From the NCBI GenBank assembly GCA_964570655.1, contig CAZMYU010000004.1, positions 49 to 64,048 on the forward strand: DNA of 64,000 nucleotides. The letters are read 5' to 3'. The number at the start of each line of letters is the position of its first letter. Within the stretch, counting starts at the first letter, position 1. The DNA is from an uncultured Gammaproteobacteria bacterium (GTDB lineage Bacteria > Patescibacteriota > Patescibacteriia > Patescibacteriales > UBA12465). The notes under the pieces are model-generated. The model saw nothing but the letters and a program-made list of their open reading frames with translations, searched no databases and was not told the DNA's origin. A program made the position numbers and the translations under genes. This document shows positions 56,282 to 63,986 of this stretch, in pieces.

Positions 56282-57427
56282 GTGGTAGATTTGTTTGACC
56301 ATTTGGATCTCCATCGGCTTTTTCAGATTCGGCAACTGGCTTGTCTAACTGATCCGGTTAATCGTCGGGACAGACCGCATAATATGTCGCTCGGTTTTAG
56401 CCATAGTCGAGGATTGCATTGTATTAATGCCGCGGCGATTATGGGCGTAATTATTTTAAACAATCCCGAGCTTCGGCCTATGACCAATCTACTAATAGCG
56501 GGGGCCGCTATTCACGATGCCTTGACTCCAGCTTTGGGTGATACCACCAAATTGGTTGATCTAAAGAAGTTTGATGAAGATGAAAACTTTAAAAAAATTT
56601 TTTCTCGGCCAGGCTGGTCGATGATCAAAAAAAAGTATGGCCTTGATGAAGTCGCCTTAGACTCCATGATTAAAGGCCAGGGTTTGCCTGGAGCACTTTT
56701 GGACATTGCCGACAAATTGTCTTATACCTCTATTGATGTTGAGGCCTTTATCGACGCTGGTTTTGAGTATTCAGAACTCTTTAAAAAAGCAGGACTGATC
56801 ATCTTTAATCATCCTGATTTTATTCAGGCCGTTATTCGGTCCATTCGAATTCGGGACGGTGAAGTAATTATGGGAGCTCAAGCGCTAAATCGATTTCTGC
56901 TGGTGCGGGCGATTATGTTTAGGGAATTGTATTATGCTTCGGAGGCCAGATTTTTGGAATATGCTTTTGCCAAAAAAATGGTGCAGTATTTATACAGTTC
57001 TGGCGCAGTTAGCTTCGCCGAACTTTTGAGCAAAACCGATTCTTGGCTGGAGGACATCATCAAACAATTTTTTTACTGTGATCATTTGCCAATGTTTTTT
57101 GAGAAATCTCGGATTGTCGATTTTGCTAGTTTGGCTGATTTAGAAAAATTTGTCCGTCGCGCTAGACGTCAAAATTTGCTGGATGACTTTATAGTTATTC
57201 CGGATGATTTTCCGTCGCGCACTAGCTCAGGAGTCGATAAATTCAAAGTGCTGAGCCAGGGAAGGGTCCAGAAGTTTTCTGAAGCCTATCCAGATCAGGC
57301 TGGGGTTATTAGTGATATTTTGCAGATACCAGAAAAATTCAGTCTGTCGCTAATTTCTTTGTCTGACCTCCATGTTCCAGCTCACAAATACGCCGAGGTT
57401 CAAGTCAAATTAAAAAAAGTCCGCTAA
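56282..57427 (+). CDS. HD-domain protein (dNTP-triphosphohydrolase-like N-terminus), function unknown
   Basis: FSHSRGLHCINAA ... AAIHDALTP (H...HD); GTG start uncertain. Confidence 0.5.
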   Translation: MVDLFDHLDLHRLFQIRQLACLTDPVNRRDRPHNMSLGFSHSRGLHCINAAAIMGVIILNNPELRPMTNLLIAGAAIHDALTPALGDTTKLVDLKKFDEDENFKKIFSRPGWSMIKKKYGLDEVALDSMIKGQGLPGALLDIADKLSYTSIDVEAFIDAGFEYSELFKKAGLIIFNHPDFIQAVIRSIRIRDGEVIMGAQALNRFLLVRAIMFRELYYASEARFLEYAFAKKMVQYLYSSGAVSFAELLSKTDSWLEDIIKQFFYCDHLPMFFEKSRIVDFASLADLEKFVRRARRQNLLDDFIVIPDDFPSRTSSGVDKFKVLSQGRVQKFSEAYPDQAGVISDILQIPEKFSLSLISLSDLHVPAHKYAEVQVKLKKVR

Positions 57428-57483
57428 TCAATACGATTACCGGACTTTTAAATTTATGAAAATGATAAGTATTTCTGCAATGA

Positions 57484-57915
57484 TTAGTGATTGAAATAAT
57501 AAATTATAAAGATTCCCAAGAAGACAATGATTCCGCCGATAATAGTCGGAGTGCTGATGCTACTCTTAAACAAAAAGTAGCTAAATAGAGCAATAAATAT
57601 TGGATATGATATTTCAATAAGTCCGGCTAGAGTGGCGTTTTTAGATATAATTGAAAAACCGATAAAGAGTTCGGCTATAAGCAATGTTATAATTCCTCCA
57701 ACGATATACCACATAAGTCTTTTAGAGGAGGTAATCTCGATTATATCAGGTTTAAGATTGCCGGTTAAATAAGCAATAATAAGTGTTAGGATAAAGACAA
57801 ATAGCGAGGTAATGCTTAATAGTGTAAAAACTGATATTTTTTTGTAGATTTCTTCGCTTAAAACATATGACAACCCCCAAAAGATTGATGCGCCTACGGC
57901 GAGTAATAGCCACAT
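57484..57915 (-). CDS. EamA-like (DMT superfamily) single-domain membrane transporter
   Basis: 143 aa, about 5 TM, WGLSYVL N-terminal motif. Confidence 0.5.
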   Translation of the reverse strand: MWLLLAVGASIFWGLSYVLSEEIYKKISVFTLLSITSLFVFILTLIIAYLTGNLKPDIIEITSSKRLMWYIVGGIITLLIAELFIGFSIISKNATLAGLIEISYPIFIALFSYFLFKSSISTPTIIGGIIVFLGIFIIYYFNH

Positions 57916-57939
57916 ATAATGCTTGTTTATTTTTGTTTG

Positions 57940-58028
57940 CGGAGAGGATGAGATTCGAACTCATGATAGGAGAAGACTCCTATAACAGGTTAGCAACCTG
58001 CCGCTTTCAGCCACTCAGCCACCTCTCC
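57940..58028 (-). tRNA. tRNA-Ser (anticodon GCT), class II with long variable arm
   Basis: GGAGAGG acceptor, anticodon stem GCAGG/CCTGT with loop TTGCTAA, variable stem ATAGGAG/CTCCTAT, T-arm ATGAG-TTCGAAT-CTCAT. Confidence 0.9.
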
Positions 58029-58095
58029 TTTTGCTGTCGCAAATTAAAAATTAAAGATTAAAAATTAAAAATTTTTTTATTCACTTCCTACTTAT

Positions 58096-58127
58096 CTGTC
58101 ATCCCCAGCTTGACTGGGGATCCAGGA
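58096..58127. repeat. CTGTCATCC-hairpin-GGATCCAGG element, copy R3
   Basis: CTGTCATCCCCAGcttgaCTGGGGATCCAGGA nested inside the AT-rich inverted repeat 58041-58153. Confidence 0.8.
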
Positions 58128-58247
58128 TTTTTAATTTTTCAATCTTTTAATGATCATTTGACCGATATTAATAAAATATCGCCTTAAGCGATAATTTATG
58201 GTATAATATAGTTATATAAAATTTAAGCACAATTGTCAATCAAACAT

Positions 58248-58763
58248 ATGTCCAAAAAACGTCGAAAAATGGCTGACAAATCAGCCGAATTAAACGCCGA
58301 GGTCGTTAGCTGGGAAGTACCGGAATATGAAAAATCTGGCCATGACCGGAGATGGTATATTTTTGCTGTCATTATTGGTATTTTGCTAATCGCTTATGCT
58401 ATTTGGACCAAAAATTATTTGTTTGTTTTCATTATTGTCCTCTCGGCTTTTATCATTTTTCTCTATGAAACCAATCAGGCCATGATGATTATTGTCGAGG
58501 TTAACAAGAAGGGCATTAGTGTTGGGCGCAAATTTTATGAATACGCCCGGCTCAAACATTTTGCTATTGTCTACAAGCCAGAATTAGAGATCAAAAATTT
58601 ATATCTAGAGTTTAGAGATACGGCTCGTCCGCGAATGACCATCCACCTCAAAGACGTCAATCCAATTGCCCTTAGAAATTTGCTCAGCAAATATTTACAA
58701 GAAGACCTGGATAGAACCGACATCCCTTTGTCTGAGGGCCTATCTCGTTTACTAAAATTATAA
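58248..58763 (+). CDS. Membrane protein, hypothetical
   Basis: ATG 58248; two adjacent TM segments then a soluble domain; terminator at 58786-58817. Confidence 0.5.
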   Translation: MSKKRRKMADKSAELNAEVVSWEVPEYEKSGHDRRWYIFAVIIGILLIAYAIWTKNYLFVFIIVLSAFIIFLYETNQAMMIIVEVNKKGISVGRKFYEYARLKHFAIVYKPELEIKNLYLEFRDTARPRMTIHLKDVNPIALRNLLSKYLQEDLDRTDIPLSEGLSRLLKL

Positions 58764-59175
58764 TTATTTTTATTTTACGAAAAAACCCTCCAGTTCACTA
58801 TTGGAACATATTGGAGGGTCTTTTTTTGTTAAATCTTGTATTGTATTTGTTGGACTTTGGCAGTTTATAATCTTTTGAATTTATATCACTCAAAGGAAAC
58901 CGGTTGGGTATTCCGGTATTGGATCGACATAGCTGGTTATTGGTTTAACAACCAAGCTAATATAGATATTTTTTATGGGATTCAAAATTTTTTCCACTGC
59001 TATTAAAGAACAAATCAAAATACAAGTCGCTATATATATAAGCATTTGTATTGTTTTTGATCTATTAATATTAGCATATTAATATAAAAATGTCAATGGC
59101 TTAGGGTTTTTAGCTAATCAAGTTGTTTTTTACTAAATTTAGTGGTATTTTAGGAGTGTATATAAAATAAAAATT

Positions 59176-59760
59176 ATGAAAATTATATTTATTAGACATG
59201 GCCAGACTACTGGTGACGTTGAGGATCGTTATGGCGGAGCTTACGATGATAGTTTGTCAGACGAGGGCAAGGGGCAGGCTCAGGCATTGTTAGCCGAATT
59301 TCAAGACCATGAAATTGAAGCGGTAATCTCTAGCCCTTTAAAGCGAGCCAGAGAAACGGCTGGGATTTTAGCTGGTGATCTGGATTGCCCAACAATAATT
59401 GAAAATGATTTTAGGGAAAGAAATCAGTATGGTGTTTTGTCTGGCTTGATTAAGAGCGAGGTCAAAAAAGAATTTCCAGATTTAGTTGAAAAATTAAAGG
59501 ATCGACTTAATACTATTGAAGGGGCTGAGTCTTACGAAGATTTCAGCCAACGAATTCAAGATGCTTTTAATGATTTAGTGGTCAATAAAAAATATTCATG
59601 CTTGGCGGTAGTGTGGCACGGTGGTCCGATGCGGGTTTTGTTTAGAGAGATTCTTAAAAAAGGGGAATTGAAAGAAATTAATGATTGTTGTTGGGTGGAA
59701 TTAGAAATCAAAGATGACGAGCCGATAATTATTAATTCTCAGGGTATTACTCTGGCTTAA
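59176..59760 (+). CDS. Histidine phosphatase (phosphoglycerate mutase-like) family protein
   Basis: IFIRHGQT catalytic RHG motif, SSPLKRARET, WHGG. Confidence 0.7.
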   Translation: MKIIFIRHGQTTGDVEDRYGGAYDDSLSDEGKGQAQALLAEFQDHEIEAVISSPLKRARETAGILAGDLDCPTIIENDFRERNQYGVLSGLIKSEVKKEFPDLVEKLKDRLNTIEGAESYEDFSQRIQDAFNDLVVNKKYSCLAVVWHGGPMRVLFREILKKGELKEINDCCWVELEIKDDEPIIINSQGITLA

Positions 59761-59773
59761 ATAAAATAATTTT

Positions 59774-60223
59774 ATGTTTAATCCTATAAACAACAATTTA
59801 ATTATCGAGCTCCATGTGCCTGATTTAGAGATGGTTAAAAATTTTTATGCTCAGCTGGGTTTTGTGGTTGCCTTGGATGATAAACCAAACCAGGAAAATA
59901 CTGGTTATTTGACGATGATTAGAAGTGATGAAGCGGGGAACACAATGCTTAATTTTTATGGTGGTGATGAACGGGTTTACAATCAATCTTTTTTTAAACA
60001 ATTTCCCAAGGATACCATCAGGGGCTATGCTACTGAAGTAACTATAACTACCAAGGATATTGAGGGGGTTTATAAATTGGCTTCTGAAAATTTAAAAGCT
60101 AATATTGTGCGCGAACTCAAAGAACTGGAAGACCATGGTCATAAATGGCGGGATTTTCGGATGGTCGATCCTTTTGGCTTTTATCTGCGCTTTACTGAGC
60201 TGATTGATTGGGGGCAGAATTAA
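59774..60223 (+). CDS. Glyoxalase/bleomycin-resistance (VOC)-like protein
   Basis: LIIELHVPDLEMVKNFYAQLGF N-terminal beta-alpha-beta unit; C-terminal DPFGFYLRF. Confidence 0.45.
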   Translation: MFNPINNNLIIELHVPDLEMVKNFYAQLGFVVALDDKPNQENTGYLTMIRSDEAGNTMLNFYGGDERVYNQSFFKQFPKDTIRGYATEVTITTKDIEGVYKLASENLKANIVRELKELEDHGHKWRDFRMVDPFGFYLRFTELIDWGQN

Positions 60224-60368
60224 TTTATTTTATTGGTCAAAATAGATTCCGCTATTCTTCTTTAAATCCAGCCTAATTGGGCTGGATTTTCGTTGTTTTG
60301 ATTTTAGATAGAATTTATCTCTAATTTGCTATGATGCAGTAGTGGATTAAAAAGATAATAAAATTAAT

Positions 60369-60884
60369 ATGAGGAAAAATACAAATTCTTTAATACCAAT
60401 TGAACGAATAGTCGGTGGGATATTTTTAATCAGAGATAAAAAAGTAATGATTGATCGTGATTTGGCCGAGCTTTATGGTGTGCCAACTCGCGTGCTTAAT
60501 CAAGCAGTTAAGAGAAATAACGATCGTTTTCCTTCAGATTTTATGTTTCGACTCAAGAAGTCAGAGATGGCCATTTGGAAATCACAGATTGTGATTTCCA
60601 CCGCCGACAAAAAAGGGCTCAGAAAGAACCCCTTGGTTTTCACCGAGCAAGGGGTGGCCATGCTTTCTAGCGTTTTGAACAGTAGCAGGGCCATACAAGT
60701 AAATATTCAAATTATTAGGACGTTTAGTAAATTGAGAGAGATATTGGCGACTAATAAAAAATTATGGAAAAAAATAGAAACCATGGAGAGAAAATACGAT
60801 CAAGAATTAAAAGAAGTTTTTATGGTTCTTAGAAACCTTTTAGTAGAAAAAAATAGTCCAAAAGAACCGATTGGTTTTAAATGA
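60369..60884 (+). CDS. ORF6N-domain (KilA-N-like) DNA-binding protein
   Basis: IRDKKVMIDRDLAELYGVPTRVLNQAVKRNNDRFPSDFMFRL ... FTEQGVAMLSSVL. Confidence 0.75.
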   Translation: MRKNTNSLIPIERIVGGIFLIRDKKVMIDRDLAELYGVPTRVLNQAVKRNNDRFPSDFMFRLKKSEMAIWKSQIVISTADKKGLRKNPLVFTEQGVAMLSSVLNSSRAIQVNIQIIRTFSKLREILATNKKLWKKIETMERKYDQELKEVFMVLRNLLVEKNSPKEPIGFK

Positions 60885-60974
60885 GTATTAGGTGTGTTTT
60901 CCGATTGTTTGACATAAATTAATAAATATGCTATACTGTTTTTATTGAATCGTTCATCTTTAAATCCAAGTATA

Positions 60975-61265
60975 ATGAAAAAAATGTTGAAAAAGGTTGC
61001 TATTTTTCTTGCTAAAATCGGCAAGATTCTTTCATTTGTAATATTGGGCATCGGACTTCTGGGATTCGTAGTTGCCTCGGGCTTCTGCGTCTATGAAATA
61101 GCCATCAATACTCATCAGGGATTCTTGGCAATGTCTGATAGCAGTCGGAGCTTCCATATGTGGTCGTTAAATATTACAGCCTTTATAATATTAATTGGCG
61201 CTGTAATGTATGAGCGGGCCTTCACTTTTCTGGAGAAATCCAGACCGATCTTAGCGAGGGCATAG
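60975..61265 (+). CDS. Small membrane protein, hypothetical
   Basis: ATG 60975; two TM segments. Confidence 0.4.
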   Translation: MKKMLKKVAIFLAKIGKILSFVILGIGLLGFVVASGFCVYEIAINTHQGFLAMSDSSRSFHMWSLNITAFIILIGAVMYERAFTFLEKSRPILARA

Positions 61266-61444
61266 GGCAGACACTAACATTAAATCTATTGGAAGGCTTA
61301 ATAACAGCCTTCCTTTTTATTTGACAAAATCTCTAATAAAATTTATAGTTAGCCCTAGATGTTTAATTCGATAATTTCCTGCATATTTTTAATTTTTAAT
61401 TATTAATTTTACATTCCCCCGAACCCTACTTGGTTCGGGGGTAA

Positions 61445-61516
61445 GTCCTCATAGTTCAACGGATAGAACGCAAGATTGCGGATCTTGAGATCTAGGTTCG
61501 ATTCCTAGTGAGGGCA
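61445..61516 (+). tRNA. tRNA-Arg with anticodon GCG
   Basis: Acceptor GTCCTCA/TGAGGGC, D stem GTTC/GAAC, anticodon stem CAAGA/TCTTG with loop TTGCGGA, T-arm CTAGG-TTCGATT-CCTAG, discriminator A. Confidence 0.85.
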
Positions 61517-61562
61517 CTAAAACAAAAACTCGTCGTTTAAAAACGATGAGTTTTTGTTTTAG
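61517..61562 (+). terminator. Long hairpin directly after tRNA-Arg
   Basis: CTAAAACAAAAACTCGTCGTTT-aa-AAACGATGAGTTTTTGTTTTAG. Confidence 0.6.
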
Positions 61563-61571
61563 TGCCTCTCC

Positions 61572-61614
61572 AAATGGAGCCAGGCTCCAAGTAATAAAGG
61601 AGCCTGGCTCCATT
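61572..61614. repeat. Paired palindromes centred on CCAGG / CCTGG
   Basis: AAATGGAGCCAGGCTCC-aagtaataa-AGGAGCCTGGCTCCATTT; same layout and AATAAAGG linker as 28131-28167. Confidence 0.85.
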
Positions 61615-61684
61615 TGACTTTCGCCTCTCAAGTGTTATAATAATCTATTCTTGATAGTTTTTTGAAACCCGATAAATTATAGAC

Positions 61685-62400
61685 ATGAAAAAAGACAAAA
61701 AGATAATCTTTGGTTGGTCGAAAAAAATAGACGGCAATATGCGTTTATTTATTGATGAAAATAATACGATCGCCCTAAAAAATCGCCAAAAATTTTTGGC
61801 CAAACAAGGAATTGAATCGAACAAAACAATTGCTATTGATTTAGTGCATGGCAAGGATATTGGTCGAATTTATCATCAGCAACCCGGTATTGTTCCTGGT
61901 TTGGACGGGATTGTCACTGGCGTGCCAGGGATATTCCTGACTATTACAGCGGCTGATTGTCTCCCAATCTTTATTTATGATCCAGTCAAAAGAGTGGTTG
62001 GTTTGGCTCATATGGGCTGGAGGGGAGCTATTGCCGGAGTTGTTCCGGAAATCTTTCGAGTGCTAACCGGTGATTATGGTTGTAATCCAGCTGATATTAA
62101 AATTAGTATGGGGCCACATATTTGCGTCCAGTGTTATGAATTTTCCGACGAAGATGCTGGCCCTTTCCATTATATTGATGATCAGCGGCATGGTTCTTGT
62201 TGTGTTGTCAGACATGGTAAGTTTTGGTTGGATCTGCAAAATTTGCTAATAGTCAATTGGTGTATCGTGGTATTTTGCCCGAGAATATTACCCTCAGTGA
62301 TGAGTGTACCAGTTGTCAGCCAGATGACTATTTCTCATTTCGTCGGGATAAACCCAGGAAAGTCCAGGCCATTCTGGCCTACATCGGCATCAAAGAATAA
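61685..62400 (+). pseudogene. pgeF: Peptidoglycan editing factor PgeF (YfiH/DUF152 family) with a -1 frameshift in an A4 run
   Basis: AADCLPIFIYD...GLAHMGWRG; the canonical C-terminus QLVYRGILPENITLSDECTSCQPDDYFSFRRD is in another frame and ends at 62400 just before terminator 62408-62431; frames join at 62238-62241. Confidence 0.75.
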
Positions 62401-62517
62401 AGCTCTAAAAGCGGTCAAAAACCGCTTTTTTAATACCATTGACACAATTATAATAAAATGTTATAATTTTTGATTATAATTTATAGTAGATTTTTAACAA
62501 CTTAATAAATATAACAC

Positions 62518-62958
62518 ATGAAAAATCGAATTTTTTTGTTTTTTTTAGTTTTGGGAGTGATAGGCATGATCCTGATCGTATCCTCGCCAAAAAAATCTAT
62601 GCCGGCTGAAAGCTATATTACTGACGTAATTCCAGGTAGCGGTCGGACAGTAACCGTCTATATCGATTTTGCCAGAGTCCAAGCCCAGATGGCCGAGCTC
62701 AATAATGGCAATACAGATGTTTATTTGCTAACCGATGGGTTTGGCAAAGATTCTCGGTATCAAAAATTGGACGTTGGCATTTTCACAGTTTTTTTGGGTG
62801 AGCGCTTTTGTCTTTCCAGTGGCCCAAAAACCAAAAAACGTCTAATGCTCAATGAGCGAGGGTCAGAGACGGAAACTTTTAATCTCAACGGCTATTTAAT
62901 AGAAGTTGAGCCACAGACTATGTCAATTGTGTCGAACAACAAAAAAAATAAGAAATGA
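62518..62958 (+). CDS. Small secreted or membrane-anchored protein, tandem paralog 1
   Basis: N-terminal TM; YITDVIPGSGRTVTVYIDF...AELNNGNTDVYLLT...GERFCLSSG. Confidence 0.5.
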   Translation: MKNRIFLFFLVLGVIGMILIVSSPKKSMPAESYITDVIPGSGRTVTVYIDFARVQAQMAELNNGNTDVYLLTDGFGKDSRYQKLDVGIFTVFLGERFCLSSGPKTKKRLMLNERGSETETFNLNGYLIEVEPQTMSIVSNNKKNKK

Positions 62959-63383
62959 AAAAAAGTTATGTAATTATTCTGATCCTGCTTATCGTTATCG
63001 GCATCGTAGCTCATAAGACCTACGAAAAGTATATAGTGCCAGGCAAAGGTTATATTACCAGTGTGATGAAATTACCTCCTGATGGGAAAACCCTGGTGGT
63101 TTTTCTGGATTTAAAAAAGTTGAAATCAGCAGCTGCCGAGATTAACAACGGTGACAGTACTGTTTTTCTGATGACCAGCAAAAGAGCTACTTCCCCGGAA
63201 TGCATAGAATCCGGTCAGATCTACATTGAGACCGGTGAAGAATTTTGTTTCATTACCAGGGGTATACCAGAGAAAGGCATAAGGCTTTCCTCTAAGGACT
63301 ATCGTTACCTGGCTGGTGACAATTTATTGGTCAAATTCCGAGGCAATTCGGTTGGCCAAATATTGCCAAACAGCGTCAGATAG
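62955..63383 (+). CDS. Small secreted or membrane-anchored protein, tandem paralog 2
   Basis: ATGA overlap with paralog 1; YITSVMKLPPDGKTLVVFLDL...AEINNGDSTVFLMT...GEEFCFITRG. Confidence 0.5.
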   Translation: MKKSYVIILILLIVIGIVAHKTYEKYIVPGKGYITSVMKLPPDGKTLVVFLDLKKLKSAAAEINNGDSTVFLMTSKRATSPECIESGQIYIETGEEFCFITRGIPEKGIRLSSKDYRYLAGDNLLVKFRGNSVGQILPNSVR

Positions 63384-63515
63384 AGTCTTATAAACTCCTT
63401 TTTTATCCTCAGGCTCAAAAGTAGCCGGATATTAAAAGGAGTTTTTTTATTTTTAGTCACGTTGACAGCCGGTGCTTAATCTTATAACATTTAGATGATA
63501 ATATTTAATTTCACA

Positions 63516-63592
63516 GCGGAGGGGTGCCCCCACTTCGTCCTACTTCGCCCTTGCGGGCTTCGCAGGACTACGAGGGGCAGGCAGAGCGGTTT
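63516..63592 (+). other. tRNA 5'-half-like fragment (copy 1) interrupted by a 54-nt GC-rich element
   Basis: GCGGAGGGGTGCC + insert + AGAGCGGTTT; the uninterrupted version is at 63634-63656. Confidence 0.6.
63529..63582. mobile_element. GC-rich nested-hairpin element, copy C, at a filled site
   Basis: CCCC-ACTTCG-TCCT-acttc-GCCC-ttgc-GGGC-ttcgc-AGGA-CTACGA-GGGG; boundaries ambiguous by 1-2 nt. Confidence 0.6.
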
Positions 63593-63633
63593 TTAAATAA
63601 TAAACTATAAATATAAAATAATTTAATTTCAAA

Positions 63634-63672
63634 GCGGAGGGGTGCCAGAGCGGTTTAATAGGATAGTCTTGC
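63634..63672 (+). other. tRNA 5'-half-like fragment (copy 2, class II tRNA-like acceptor and D-arm)
   Basis: GCGGAGGGGTGCCAGAGCGGTTTAATAGGATAGTCTTG resembles the 5' part of Ser/Leu/Tyr-type tRNAs; no anticodon stem partner or T-arm follows. Confidence 0.45.
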
Positions 63673-63740
63673 CACCGCCTTCGGCGGGGTCCCGCCTTCA
63701 CATAATGTAATATCGGTGGCGGGAAAAACTGTCAGTGTGT

Positions 63741-63986
63741 ATGTGGTATACTTATATATTAAAAAGTAAAAACTTTAATAAATATTATATAGGTCATTGT
63801 GAGGATTTTGACAAAAGATTAAGCCAGCATAATAATGGAAAAACAAAATCTATTAAGGCCTATATTCCTTATGAGTTAATATATTATGAAAATTTTGATT
63901 TTAAGAAGGATGCCTATAGAAGAGAAATGCAAATAAAAAAATATAAAGGAGGTGAGGCATTTAAAAAATTACTAAAATTAATTTAA
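63741..63986 (+). CDS. Small stand-alone GIY-YIG nuclease-domain protein
   Basis: WYTYILKS...KYYIGHCEDFDKRLSQHNNG...PYELIYYENF...AYRREMQIKKY = GIY, YIG, Arg, Glu and Asn positions of the GIY-YIG fold. Confidence 0.8.
   Translation: MWYTYILKSKNFNKYYIGHCEDFDKRLSQHNNGKTKSIKAYIPYELIYYENFDFKKDAYRREMQIKKYKGGEAFKKLLKLI

Noticed and set aside
58890-59045. 51-aa minus-strand ORF (MLIYIATCILICSLIAVEK...) in the 58.8-59.2 kb gap
   Set aside because: It has a plausible signal-like N-terminus but no promoter, conservation or motif evidence. It is too weak to annotate, so it is noted only.
63634-63986. A tRNA interrupted in the anticodon loop by a group I intron carrying a GIY-YIG homing endonuclease
   Set aside because: After the ORF the sequence restarts with the tRNA 5' end (ACAGCGGAGG) rather than a 3' exon. 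No T-arm or acceptor 3' strand is visible, and I could not identify P3-P9 core pairings. It cannot be fully excluded because the window ends at 64000.
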